From Candidatus Stramentimicrobium fermentans (GTDB lineage: Bacteria > Atribacterota > Phoenicimicrobiia > Phoenicimicrobiales > Stramentimicrobiaceae): a stretch of DNA of 64,000 nt. This document shows positions 9,172 through 18,848 of this stretch, piece after piece; position 1 is the stretch's first letter, and each line of letters opens with the position of its first letter. Location: the NCBI GenBank assembly GCA_012520575.1, contig JAAYOB010000002.1, positions 5,264 through 69,263 on the forward strand. The letters run 5' to 3'. The notes under the pieces are model-generated. The model was not told the origin of the DNA. It searched no databases and saw only the letters and a program-made list of their open reading frames with translations. Made by a program: the position numbers and the translations under genes.

Positions 9172-10614
9172 ATGAAGGAAACCGGATTTGTAAAAGAGAT
9201 TGCCTCTCAAGAAGAGGCCTTTTCTCAATGGTATATCGATGTAGTAAAAAAAGCCGATTTAGCGGATTACACCTCAGTAAAAGGCTGTATGGTAATTAAA
9301 CCGTACGGATATGGTCTGTGGGAAAATATGCAGCATTGCCTGGACCGGAGAATTAAAGCCACCGGTCATAAGAATGCCTATTTCCCTCTCTTTATCCCGG
9401 AAAGCCTCTTAAAAAAAGAGGCAGAACATGTAGAAGGATTTGCACCTGAGGTAGCTTGGGTCACCCATGGCGGTAGTGAAAAATTGGAAGAGCGATTGGC
9501 AGTCAGGCCAACATCTGAAGCAATCATTGGCAGTCTTTATTCTAAATGGATTAAGTCCTGGCGTGATTTGCCTGTGCTAATCAATCAGTGGGCCAATATC
9601 GTACGTTGGGAAAAGGTAACTCGCCCTTTCCTAAGAACAACGGAATTTTTATGGCAGGAAGGTCATACCGCCCATAAAAACCGGGAAGAGGCCGAGGAGG
9701 AAACTTTAAAAATATTGAACGTATATAAAGATTACATAGAAACTGATCTTGCTATTCCCGTCATTATCGGGCGGAAGAGCGACAATGAGAAATTTGCCGG
9801 CGCCATGCACACCTATACCCTGGAGGCTTTAATGGGTGATGGCAAGATTCTGCAGGCAGGAACCTCTCACAATCTGGGTCAGAATTTTGCTCAAGCCTTT
9901 GATATTCGTTTTCTGGATGAAAATCAACAGGAACAGTATGTCTGGACCACCTCCTGGGGAACCTCCACCAGACTGGTTGGTGCTATAATTATGGTACATG
10001 GAGATGAGAGAGGTTTAAAATTGCCCCCTCAAGTTGCCCCGACCCAAATAGTCCTGGTTCCTATTTTCTTCGATAAATCAAAAAAGGAAGTAATGGAAAA
10101 AACTCGAGAATACAAGAGATTGCTGGAAGAGAAATTTAGAGTGGAATTGGATGACCGCGACAGTTATACACCCGGCTGGAAGTTTAACGAATGGGAGATG
10201 AAGGGGGTTCCGGTGCGGTTAGAAATCGGGCCACGTGACTTAGCTGAGAAACAGGTTACCGCAGTGAGAAGGGATAAGGGGAATAAGATAGCTATACCGG
10301 AAAACGAATTAGTTCCTGCTTTAGAAAAATGGCTGAATGATATTCAAAATAATCTATATATACAAGCCCGGACTCGTTTAGAGGAGAATATTCGGTTTAC
10401 GGAAAACTATGAAGAATTTAAGGAGATAATAAAAGAAAAACTTGGCTTTATAAAGGCATATTGGTGCGGAGATGAGCTATGCGAAAATCAGATTAAAGCA
10501 GAGACCAAAGCCACAATTCGCTGTATTTCCTTAGAAGAACAGCAAGGAAAGGGTAAGTGTATTTTTTGCGGTAAGGAATCTACTACTCAGGTTTATTTCG
10601 GCAGGGCTTATTAG
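9172..10614 (+). CDS. proS: Proline--tRNA ligase, archaeal/eukaryote-like type
   Basis: Class II aaRS motifs. 480 aa. C-terminal Zn-binding tail CIFCGKESTTQVYFGRAY, typical of the archaeal-type ProRS that lacks the bacterial INS editing domain. Confidence 0.85.
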   Translation: MKETGFVKEIASQEEAFSQWYIDVVKKADLADYTSVKGCMVIKPYGYGLWENMQHCLDRRIKATGHKNAYFPLFIPESLLKKEAEHVEGFAPEVAWVTHGGSEKLEERLAVRPTSEAIIGSLYSKWIKSWRDLPVLINQWANIVRWEKVTRPFLRTTEFLWQEGHTAHKNREEAEEETLKILNVYKDYIETDLAIPVIIGRKSDNEKFAGAMHTYTLEALMGDGKILQAGTSHNLGQNFAQAFDIRFLDENQQEQYVWTTSWGTSTRLVGAIIMVHGDERGLKLPPQVAPTQIVLVPIFFDKSKKEVMEKTREYKRLLEEKFRVELDDRDSYTPGWKFNEWEMKGVPVRLEIGPRDLAEKQVTAVRRDKGNKIAIPENELVPALEKWLNDIQNNLYIQARTRLEENIRFTENYEEFKEIIKEKLGFIKAYWCGDELCENQIKAETKATIRCISLEEQQGKGKCIFCGKESTTQVYFGRAY

Positions 10615-10705
10615 TAGAATAAGAAAAGAACTTAATTAACAGGGTAATTCTATTTGTTTTGATAATTTAAATTAAAAAAATCAGTTAGGAAAGGAGGACT
10701 CTGCA

Positions 10706-10963
10706 ATGGAAAAGTTTTTAATTGGTCATGTGGTAAGTTACTTTGCTAAGATTGGTGTAGCGGCAATTGAAATTGAATCAGGAGAAATCAAAGTAGGAGA
10801 CACTCTCTATTTTAGCGGACATACTACTGATTTTGAACAGCAGATTGAATCTATACAGATTGACCGTAATCCTGTGGAATCTGCTCAAGCCGGTGACTCT
10901 GTCGGTATAAAAGTAAAAGATAGAGTTAGAGATGGAGACGAAGTATACAAAGTAACCGACTGA
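10706..10963 (+). CDS. Small beta-barrel protein resembling translation-factor domain 2 (EF-Tu_D2-like)
   Basis: 85 aa. GxxxxG/VGD...G.V pattern of EF-Tu domain-2 barrels. Good RBS AAGGAGG. Confidence 0.35.
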   Translation: MEKFLIGHVVSYFAKIGVAAIEIESGEIKVGDTLYFSGHTTDFEQQIESIQIDRNPVESAQAGDSVGIKVKDRVRDGDEVYKVTD

Positions 10964-11038
10964 GCAAGTGGTACTAAGTTAACATGCTCTTTTATAAAAT
11001 AGCCTTGTTTGAATAAGAATAAAATATAGTGTGAAGAA

Positions 11039-11069
11039 TAATCAGGGGGAAAGTCCCTGATTATTTTAT
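11039..11069 (+). terminator. Rho-independent terminator
   Basis: TAATCAGGG-ggaaagt-CCCTGATTA hairpin followed by TTTTAT. Confidence 0.45.
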
Positions 11070-11284
11070 GTAATAATCAGCTTAAATCAGTTATCTTTAT
11101 ACTTACCTCCCTCTCTGAGAGAGGATAGCAATGCCCCTCTACATCGATTTGTATTGCCCTGTCTGTCATTAATAAATGATATAATAAAAAGATCGGCAGG
11201 GGAACCGTAAATACAATTTAGCCACTCCTACCAGAAAAATTCAACCACAAAAAAGCAATTTATTAAAGCAGGCAAGGACCAAAA

Positions 11285-12397
11285 ATGATTAGTTTGGAGC
11301 TGAGCTACCATGATTTAATCATACCGGGTGATTGGACGCCAATGTTCAGAAAAATCCAGAACCAAAATGGAGTAATAATGGTCTTGGGTAAATCTGATTC
11401 CGGAAAAACTAGCCTAATTAAATTACTTGCCGCATATCTGGTGAGGAGAAATAGGAAAATAGCCCTGATAGATTTAGACATAGGGCAATCTATTTTAGGA
11501 TTACCCGGTACTATGGGAATAGGTATTGTAAACCGGTCAAATTTAAAGAATGGCTTGGTTCAGGTAAATCACAGGTCCTTTTTCGGAGCCACTTCTCCGG
11601 CGAAAGGTATAGATAGATTTCTGGAGAAAGCCTATCGATTATATACCGTTGCTCATAAAGAGAATGCAGATGTATTCTTAATTGATACTACCGGACTGGT
11701 AATGGGTAGTTTGGGAGCATATCTGAAGGGTAATCTAATAAAGCGAATTAATCCGACGGCCTTAATAGCCCTCCAATTCGAGCAGGAATTAGAGCCAATT
11801 CTAACAGAATGTGAAATCCTTCCTGCTCTTAAGATTTACCGTGTAAAACCATATCAAAGAATTATCAGGAAAAATTGGACGGAAAGGAAAACCAGAAGGA
11901 AAAAGCAATTTGAGCTTTATTTTCAAGATGCACAATTGCGGGATCTTGATTTTTCAGCGATACCTATAAGGGATTTTAATTTTGATTTTGATTTCGGCAG
12001 CAAGAGCAGCAGAGCAGCACAAATTTTCCGGCAATTTCAACGGGAGATTATTTCAACAAAGATAGTAGAAAAAAGGACTCTAATGGTTTTATCGCCTGAA
12101 CCGCAGTATAATCCTGACAAGGAATTGCTAAGCAAAATAAAAGATTATTTTAAAGTAGAGCATATAGTTATAATCTTTCCGGAGTGGTTCCAAAATCTGT
12201 TAATATCTCTTACTGACACCGAAGGGCTGAGTAATGGATTAGGAATAATAGGAAATATTGATTTTAAGAAGAAGATAATGACTACTTATTTACCAATATC
12301 TGTTTCGTCAAAAGCCTTAGCTCAAATAGAGTTAGGCATGTTCAGAATTAGACTTGACGGCACGGAGTTGCCCTATCTTGAGCCGGAACAATATTAG
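11285..12397 (+). CDS. Clp1/Grc3/Nol9-family P-loop polynucleotide kinase homologue
   Basis: Walker A GKSDSGKTS. The Clp1-family signature LIDLDIGQS (compare LDLDPGQ in Grc3/Clp1). Walker B-like FLIDTTG. ~370 aa. Confidence 0.5.
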   Translation: MISLELSYHDLIIPGDWTPMFRKIQNQNGVIMVLGKSDSGKTSLIKLLAAYLVRRNRKIALIDLDIGQSILGLPGTMGIGIVNRSNLKNGLVQVNHRSFFGATSPAKGIDRFLEKAYRLYTVAHKENADVFLIDTTGLVMGSLGAYLKGNLIKRINPTALIALQFEQELEPILTECEILPALKIYRVKPYQRIIRKNWTERKTRRKKQFELYFQDAQLRDLDFSAIPIRDFNFDFDFGSKSSRAAQIFRQFQREIISTKIVEKRTLMVLSPEPQYNPDKELLSKIKDYFKVEHIVIIFPEWFQNLLISLTDTEGLSNGLGIIGNIDFKKKIMTTYLPISVSSKALAQIELGMFRIRLDGTELPYLEPEQY

Positions 12398-12437
12398 ATT
12401 ACCGGGAAGGTTAAAAAGGAGAAGAAAAGATAGTGTA

Positions 12438-13337
12438 ATGAATAGAAAAGAGAAAGAAGGGGTGCTGCTGGTAATCCTTTGTGTATTGATGCATGGTGCT
12501 CACCCTATTTTGGGCAAGTATGGTGTCTCTTTAGTGCAACCTCTATTTTTTGCCAGTGTCACCAATCTTATTGCCGCAGTGAGTTTAATTTTGATTATCT
12601 TGTTTAAAAAAGAGTCACTTCTGCTCTTAATAGATAAGAGATACTTTCTTTCCCTTCTGTCTATCGGATTTTTTGGAACCACCCTCTCCAGTATTGTCTT
12701 TTTTTATGGTGTGAGATTAACCAGTGGAATAAATTCGGCAATTTTATTGCAGGCAGAACCGGTCTATTCTCTTGTTATCGGATATCTGCTATTGCAAGAA
12801 AAAGTAACCACCAGACAGATAATTTCTACTATAGTAATTATTATAGGAACCGTACTGGTTATTTATCAGGGAACCTCTCGTCTGAATTGGGGCGATATTT
12901 TAGTTTTATTAACCCCTCTCTGCTACCAAGTGGGACATTATTTTAGCAAAAGATTGCTAAATCAGACCGAAATAAGCCCTCTTTTTATAGCTGCCGGAAG
13001 AACCTTCTATGGCGGGGTGTTCTTATTTATATTAAACCGGTTAGCCGGAACAGGTGACTTTAAGATACTTACTCAACCCAATATTTTTGCTATTTTTATC
13101 TTTTACGGAACTGTAGTATATGCCTTAACCTATTTAACATTCTATGCCGCTATAAAACGCATCAATCTTTCTAAAGCCAGTGCCATTATCTCCATTTATC
13201 CCGCTATATCAATCGTGTTGGCTAATGTAATTTTAAAAGAAGTACCTGATGTTTATCAGTCAAGTGGATTTTTAATTGTATTGGCCGGTGTATTCTATCT
13301 CTCCAATCTCAAAAGCGAATTACGAAAAGATCGTTAA
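12438..13337 (+). CDS. EamA/DMT-family transporter
   Basis: Ten-TM duplicated EamA topology. AAAAGGAGAAG RBS before ATG 12438; the track's upstream extension overlaps the previous gene and was not used. Confidence 0.7.
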   Translation: MNRKEKEGVLLVILCVLMHGAHPILGKYGVSLVQPLFFASVTNLIAAVSLILIILFKKESLLLLIDKRYFLSLLSIGFFGTTLSSIVFFYGVRLTSGINSAILLQAEPVYSLVIGYLLLQEKVTTRQIISTIVIIIGTVLVIYQGTSRLNWGDILVLLTPLCYQVGHYFSKRLLNQTEISPLFIAAGRTFYGGVFLFILNRLAGTGDFKILTQPNIFAIFIFYGTVVYALTYLTFYAAIKRINLSKASAIISIYPAISIVLANVILKEVPDVYQSSGFLIVLAGVFYLSNLKSELRKDR

Positions 13338-13776
13338 CTAAAATTATTTTAATAACATATCTCCCATGTTATATATCTTAAGCAGTTACTAAGAAATTTA
13401 AAAAATCTTGAATGTTGTTCTTTACTTAAAAAGCTATAATTACTTAATTCCGTCAGTGTAAAATTTTAGCAGCCATTTCTCGGATTAAGTTTGTCAGTTA
13501 GTCAACAAAAAAGACAGACTTACCTCTAGCAGTAACCAAAGAAAAAGAAGAGACATTCTTTTTCTAAAGAGAGGTAAATCTACCGAATGAAAGAACTAAA
13601 ACTAATTATTATACTGCCATCTTTTGAGCTTGCTATATCGGAAGATAGGCTCAATACAAAGTATTTATAGTTTTCTTTTTGTATTATTATCTATGGTTAC
13701 ATTATGCTAAATTAAGTATAGCTAGGCAAAAAAGGATGGGTTTTGCACAGTCTGCCGCTCCTATGACAGTTTATCT

Positions 13777-14967
13777 TTATTTGCGGTAGGCTTGCTGGGC
13801 GGCAATGATGCCATGCTGTGCTGCTTTATAACCCTGTTCCTGTAAGATATTCTCCAGTGCCGCAAGAAGCAGCATGACATTGTCACGGGAGCAGGAATAG
13901 CCCATCAGTCCGATACGCCAAGCTTTACCCTTGAACTTACCCAATCCTCCGCCGATTTCAATACCATAATCGCTGAGTAGTGCTTTTCTGACTTTCACAT
14001 CATCAATACCCTCCGGGATATAGACTGAGTTTAACTCCGGTAGCCGATACTCAGGAGCTACCACCATCTCTAACCCCATTGCCTCCAGACCTGCCACCAG
14101 TGCTTTGGAATGGAGCTTGTGTCTTTTGAAACGTTCTTCCAATCCTTCCTCTAAGACTAAGCGCAGGGCTTCATGCAGGGCATAGGACATGCTGATTGGT
14201 GCGGTATGGTGGTAGAATCGCTCTTGACCCCAGTAACTGCCCAGCATCTTCATATCTAAATACCAGCTTTGAATAGGGGTGGTACGCTGAGTCATAACCT
14301 CCCGGGCGGCTTCACTAAAGGAGACCGGTGAAAGTCCAGGTGGGCAACTGATACATTTTTGAGTACCGCTATAGATGGCATCGATCTGCCATTTGTCGGT
14401 CTCTACTGGTATACCGGCGAGTGAGGTTACCGCATCCACTACGAAGAGTGCTCCGGCTTCTTTTACCAGCCGGGATATCTCTTCTAAAGGTTGTCTTACT
14501 CCTGTTGAGGTCTCGGCATGGACTATAGCAAGCAGTTTTACCTTGCCGATATCAGCAAGGACTTTTTTGACTTCATCCGGCTCTACGATGGTGCCCCATT
14601 CGGCATTCAGGATTATCGGTTCTGCCCCACAACGCCTGACAATATCTGCCATACGCTCACCAAAGTAACCGTTGATACAGACAACCGCTTTATCACCCGG
14701 CTCAAGCAGATTAACCAATACTGCCTCCATACCGGCACTACCGGTACCGGAGATGGCGATAGTCAGTTCATTTTTGGTCTGATAGACCTCTCTTAGCATC
14801 TCTCTGGTCTCATTCATTATCTCTAAGAAGTCGGGGTCTAAGTGGCCTACTAAGGGGGTTGCCATGGTCTTTAAGACACGGGGATGGACATCACTGGGAC
14901 CCGGGCCCATTAAAATTCTTTTTCCGGGGTTTAAATCGGTATAATTTTTCATTATAATTACCTCCAA
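13777..14967 (-). CDS. Class V (AGXT/serine-pyruvate/PhnW-like) pyridoxal-phosphate aminotransferase
   Basis: 396 aa. PLP-lysine context SGTQKCIS. AGXT-family N-terminus MGPGPSDVHPRVL. Confidence 0.75.
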   Translation of the reverse strand: MEVIIMKNYTDLNPGKRILMGPGPSDVHPRVLKTMATPLVGHLDPDFLEIMNETREMLREVYQTKNELTIAISGTGSAGMEAVLVNLLEPGDKAVVCINGYFGERMADIVRRCGAEPIILNAEWGTIVEPDEVKKVLADIGKVKLLAIVHAETSTGVRQPLEEISRLVKEAGALFVVDAVTSLAGIPVETDKWQIDAIYSGTQKCISCPPGLSPVSFSEAAREVMTQRTTPIQSWYLDMKMLGSYWGQERFYHHTAPISMSYALHEALRLVLEEGLEERFKRHKLHSKALVAGLEAMGLEMVVAPEYRLPELNSVYIPEGIDDVKVRKALLSDYGIEIGGGLGKFKGKAWRIGLMGYSCSRDNVMLLLAALENILQEQGYKAAQHGIIAAQQAYRK

Positions 14968-15014
14968 TATCTTTCTTTGAATTTATTACTATCTAATATT
15001 TACTATAAATAACT

Positions 15015-15818
15015 TTAAATTAATATCTTACTAAAAGTTGAATAAAATTCTGTTTCTTTCTCTATTACGGTGATATCCTGTTTACGGGCAATTCCCTTCT
15101 GTTCCTCTGTACAATACCCCCAGCCGGCTAAAAAGACCTGCACTCCTAACTCCTTTGATTCCTCCAGATAATTAAGCTGATCATCGATAAAACAGATATT
15201 ATTAAAATCGGTCCGGTACTGTGCTGCTATGGCTCTCATATGGTCGGATTTACTCCGGCCGTAGTTTTTATCGAATATATCCTCTATTGGCAGTACAAAT
15301 CCTAAATAATCCTGATGGAAGGCCGGATGAATAGCAGTACCCAAATTAGAAGTAGCAATGACTACTTTCACTCCCTCTTGTAATAGCCGTTTTATTCCGG
15401 TTGTGACCCCTTTATAGGCAGGGGATAGGGCAAACCATTTCGTAAAATCTTTCTTTTGCCAGATCTCTTTCTCCTGAAAAAATAGTTCGTGAAAGATTTC
15501 GTAGTCTAAATCCAGTTCACTGCGGATTTTTCTAAACTCTTGTTGGTCACGTACCGGTATTTCTTCTTCTATAATCTTAATCATGACCAGAAAATCACAG
15601 GAATACTCCACATAGGCACGCAACCGTTGGTATTTCTCCATCTCCCGGTGGTATTCCTTCTTCTTACGCTCCCAATTGTCAAAGGTGAAAATCTCCCCAC
15701 CAAAATTCTTTTTCACCTCAGAGCCAAAATAACGGCAATAGGCATTGTGGGCGGTGAATAATGATTTTAAAGCACTATCACTGATTACCCCATCATAATC
15801 AACAGCTAATATCTTCAT
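15015..15818 (-). CDS. HAD-superfamily hydrolase (copy 1 of tandem cupin+HAD cassette)
   Basis: DYDGV motif I (LAVDYDGVISDS). Capped HAD architecture. Paralogous to 16297-17118. Confidence 0.65.
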   Translation of the reverse strand: MKILAVDYDGVISDSALKSLFTAHNAYCRYFGSEVKKNFGGEIFTFDNWERKKKEYHREMEKYQRLRAYVEYSCDFLVMIKIIEEEIPVRDQQEFRKIRSELDLDYEIFHELFFQEKEIWQKKDFTKWFALSPAYKGVTTGIKRLLQEGVKVVIATSNLGTAIHPAFHQDYLGFVLPIEDIFDKNYGRSKSDHMRAIAAQYRTDFNNICFIDDQLNYLEESKELGVQVFLAGWGYCTEEQKGIARKQDITVIEKETEFYSTFSKILI

Positions 15819-15909
15819 TGAGACCCTCTGCTATCATAAAATTTATTCTGCTATCTTACCTATAATTTTAATTGATTTGTGAACCATAGTCTAGTTGGCA
15901 GACGAACGA

Positions 15910-16248
15910 TTATTTATAAGGTATCAGGCATAGAAACCTTAACAATTCCTCTCCCGTGTTTTTAAACCCGTGCTCCAGCCCCGGCTCCACAAAGACCACA
16001 CTGTCTTTTTTAATAGGATAGCTTTTGCCCTCTATCTTGACTTCTCCCTCGCCTTCCAGTACGAATACTTCATGTTCCCAATCATGGGCATGGTAGGGAA
16101 TGTGACCCTCGGCGTCAATTTCAAACATCCTCATAGCAAAATTTTCGGCATCATCCTTATCGGAAATAAGCCATCTCACTTTCGCACCTTTGGTATCTTC
16201 CATTGCCATATCTTCTAAAGGCACTTCCTGATAAGCAGCTACTTTCAT
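15910..16248 (-). CDS. Cupin-domain protein (copy 1)
   Basis: Cupin_2 His motifs HAHDWEHEVFVLEGEG...GLEH. 112 aa. Confidence 0.6.
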   Translation of the reverse strand: MKVAAYQEVPLEDMAMEDTKGAKVRWLISDKDDAENFAMRMFEIDAEGHIPYHAHDWEHEVFVLEGEGEVKIEGKSYPIKKDSVVFVEPGLEHGFKNTGEELLRFLCLIPYK

Positions 16249-16296
16249 CCGCTGATTCCTCCTTTTTCACTTCAAATAATTATTCTTTCACACTTA

Positions 16297-17118
16297 TCAC
16301 GCATGATTTTCAGCTTTATTCATATATCTCTTGATAGTTGGATAGAAATCCGCTGTTTTTTCTATAACCGGGATGTTCTGCTTATTTGCCTTTCTCTTTT
16401 GCTGGGAAGTTGCATAGCTCCAACCGGCGAGCAAGACATTGATTCCTAAAGGACGAGTCTGCACCAGATGCGCCAGCTGGTCATCAACAAAGTAAATCTC
16501 TGCAAATTTAGCCCCATAAAAACTGTTCATATACTTAATCTGATTGGATTTATCTTCTCCAAAACTGATATCGAGTATATCCTCTTCTTTGATGGGAATA
16601 TTATAGTATTGCGGAAGAAAAGCCCGGGCAATGGTGTCACGGAGATTAGAGGTAGCTACCGCCACTTTTACCCCTTCTTGCACAAATTTTTTAATCCCCC
16701 CTACTATTTCCGGATAAGCGGGCTCCAGAGCCAACCATTTTTGAAAACTAATCTCCTGTAATCTCTTTCTCTCTCTATAAAATAGTTCGTAAAACTTATC
16801 AAATTCAAATTTAACCGTATTGCGGTATTGGTCAAATTCTACCTGAGTAGAGATATAATTTTTTTCTTCGAGCAGTTTTTGTATCAAGCCATAGTCGGTA
16901 GCCGCTCTGATATAAGGCCTTAGAGAGCGATAATGGGCAATATCTCGGGCATATTTCTTTTGAATATCAGCCCAGTTTTGAAAAGTAAACTTTTCTCCGC
17001 CAAATACTTTGCTATTGTTGTTACCTATCAACTGCAAATAGGCATTATGGCTGACAAAGAGGGCATCCATTTCACTATCTACAATTACCCCGTCATAATC
17101 AAGTGCCAATACTTTCAT
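16297..17118 (-). CDS. HAD-superfamily hydrolase (copy 2)
   Basis: LALDYDGVIVDS motif I. Collinear similarity to 15015-15818 along the whole length. Confidence 0.65.
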   Translation of the reverse strand: MKVLALDYDGVIVDSEMDALFVSHNAYLQLIGNNNSKVFGGEKFTFQNWADIQKKYARDIAHYRSLRPYIRAATDYGLIQKLLEEKNYISTQVEFDQYRNTVKFEFDKFYELFYRERKRLQEISFQKWLALEPAYPEIVGGIKKFVQEGVKVAVATSNLRDTIARAFLPQYYNIPIKEEDILDISFGEDKSNQIKYMNSFYGAKFAEIYFVDDQLAHLVQTRPLGINVLLAGWSYATSQQKRKANKQNIPVIEKTADFYPTIKRYMNKAENHA

Positions 17119-17152
17119 CTAATTTCCCTTTTTACTACTATTGTGCCGCTAA

Positions 17153-17491
17153 TCAGGACAAAAAATCTTCTCTGACGGGATAGAAAATGTCAATTATCTG
17201 AGCACCTTCTACCAGAGCATGTACCTCATGGGTCATATTAGAAGGAATAATAGCCCCTTCGCCTGCTTTTAAGACTTGTTCTTTACAGCCGACAATCATT
17301 TTTACAGAACCTTTGAGGACATAACAGATCTGCTCATGCGGATGTTCATGTTCCGGCATAATAGTATCTTCGGAACCAAAATCAAACAAGCTCATCATGA
17401 CATGGTTATGGGCTACTGCCCTAATCTGGGAGTTTTTTAATACCGGTTTTACCTTTAATTCATCTTTTTTAAAAAATTTTACTTCTTCCAT
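17153..17491 (-). CDS. Cupin-domain protein (copy 2)
   Basis: HEHPHEQICYVLKGS...THEV cupin motifs. 112 aa. Confidence 0.6.
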   Translation of the reverse strand: MEEVKFFKKDELKVKPVLKNSQIRAVAHNHVMMSLFDFGSEDTIMPEHEHPHEQICYVLKGSVKMIVGCKEQVLKAGEGAIIPSNMTHEVHALVEGAQIIDIFYPVREDFLS

Positions 17492-17568
17492 ATTGGTGTT
17501 CTTTACTCCTGATTACCTCTGAAAATAATTTAGTTATGATAAATATTGTATTAATTAGAAAAATATTT

Positions 17569-18090
17569 TTAAGAACAGCCGAAAACTTGCTCTACTGCCT
17601 CCTGCTGAAAGGGGAAGGCCAGGGGAGGCATATCTGCAATATTAAAATATTCAGCCCTTTCTGCATCATCACCGGCACGCAACTCCCCACCAATAATGCC
17701 CGCCTCATAGGTGATAATAATTACATGGCCATATAAATCACTCTCATGGTTAAAAATTTTAATAAAATTGTTTACAATGCCCTTTAAACCGGTCTCCTCC
17801 TCCAATTCTCTCAATGCCGCCTGAATAGCTGATTCTCCATTATTAATAAATCCACCCGGTAAAGACCATTTTCCTTTCCCCGGCTCTGATTTTCTCTTTA
17901 CCAATACTATGCGGTCATTCCCATCACTAACCACCACTGCTACACTGGGGAGGGGATTATCATAATAGGTAGTCTGACAATTTTCGCAATACTTCCGAAC
18001 CTTGCCCTCTTCTTCCATTTGGGTCAACAGGCTGCCGCATTTGGTGCAATACTTTATATTAATCTGTTTCATCCGATTCTCCTCTATCAA
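17569..18090 (-). CDS. NUDIX hydrolase with N-terminal zinc ribbon
   Basis: Nudix box GGFINNGESAIQAALRELEEETGL. N-terminal CTKCGS...CENCQ. Confidence 0.75.
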   Translation of the reverse strand: MIEENRMKQINIKYCTKCGSLLTQMEEEGKVRKYCENCQTTYYDNPLPSVAVVVSDGNDRIVLVKRKSEPGKGKWSLPGGFINNGESAIQAALRELEEETGLKGIVNNFIKIFNHESDLYGHVIIITYEAGIIGGELRAGDDAERAEYFNIADMPPLAFPFQQEAVEQVFGCS

Positions 18091-18125
18091 TATTTTTACT
18101 TTGTGGGCTACTTATTTTTACAATT

Positions 18126-18833
18126 TCAAATCTGCCCCATCTGGGCGAAGCTATAAAAGCATTTTTCTCCTATTATAATATGGTCCAGCACCTTTACCCC
18201 TAACATGGCACAGGACTGACACAATCTTTTAGTCAATTCCAGGTCTTGCGGACTGGGGTTGGGGTCACCACTGGGATGGTTGTGTAAAAAGACAATGGCT
18301 GCGGCTGATTCTTTAATAACCTCTTTCATCACCTCGCGGGGATGGACGGTGGTCTCATTCAGGCTACCCATAGAAATAAGTACATCACGGATAATCTGGT
18401 ATCTAATATCAAGCAGTAAAATATGAAATACCTCTTTTTTCTTGTCTTTCATTTTGCTATAGTAGTAATCAACTATATCCTGGGCTTTTTGTATTCTCGT
18501 TCCCGGTAAGACCTTCTCCCTTGATAATCTGACTGCCACCTCTAAAGCCGCCCTTATCTGGGCATATTTGGCTTGTCCTATACCTTTTATTTCTTTTATT
18601 TCGGCAAAAGAAGCCGTTGCTAAATTCCTGAGGCTGCCGAATTGGGCCAGCAAATCCCGAGCCACTTCCAATGCAGTCTTACCGGAATGGCCCTTGTTAA
18701 TTATAAGAGCTAATAACTCGGCATCAGTCAAAAATTGAGGACCATGCTGCAATAATCTCTCACGAGGACGTTCGTATTCCGGCCAATCCTTGATGGTATA
18801 ATTCTTTTTTCCTTTTCTATATTCTATGGTCAC
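18126..18833 (-). CDS. radC: RadC-like JAB/JAMM domain protein
   Basis: HhH N-terminal region. JAMM motif HNHPSGDPNPSPQD. Confidence 0.8.
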   Translation of the reverse strand: MTIEYRKGKKNYTIKDWPEYERPRERLLQHGPQFLTDAELLALIINKGHSGKTALEVARDLLAQFGSLRNLATASFAEIKEIKGIGQAKYAQIRAALEVAVRLSREKVLPGTRIQKAQDIVDYYYSKMKDKKKEVFHILLLDIRYQIIRDVLISMGSLNETTVHPREVMKEVIKESAAAIVFLHNHPSGDPNPSPQDLELTKRLCQSCAMLGVKVLDHIIIGEKCFYSFAQMGQI

Positions 18834-18848
18834 TTCTTACTCACTTCA

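Noticed and set aside
12354-12437. Track-suggested 5' extensions of CDSs (12354, 34904, 43173, 49429, 59450).
   Set aside because: The extensions overlap upstream genes or lack an RBS. Internal ATGs with good Shine-Dalgarno sequences and homologue-consistent N-termini were preferred.
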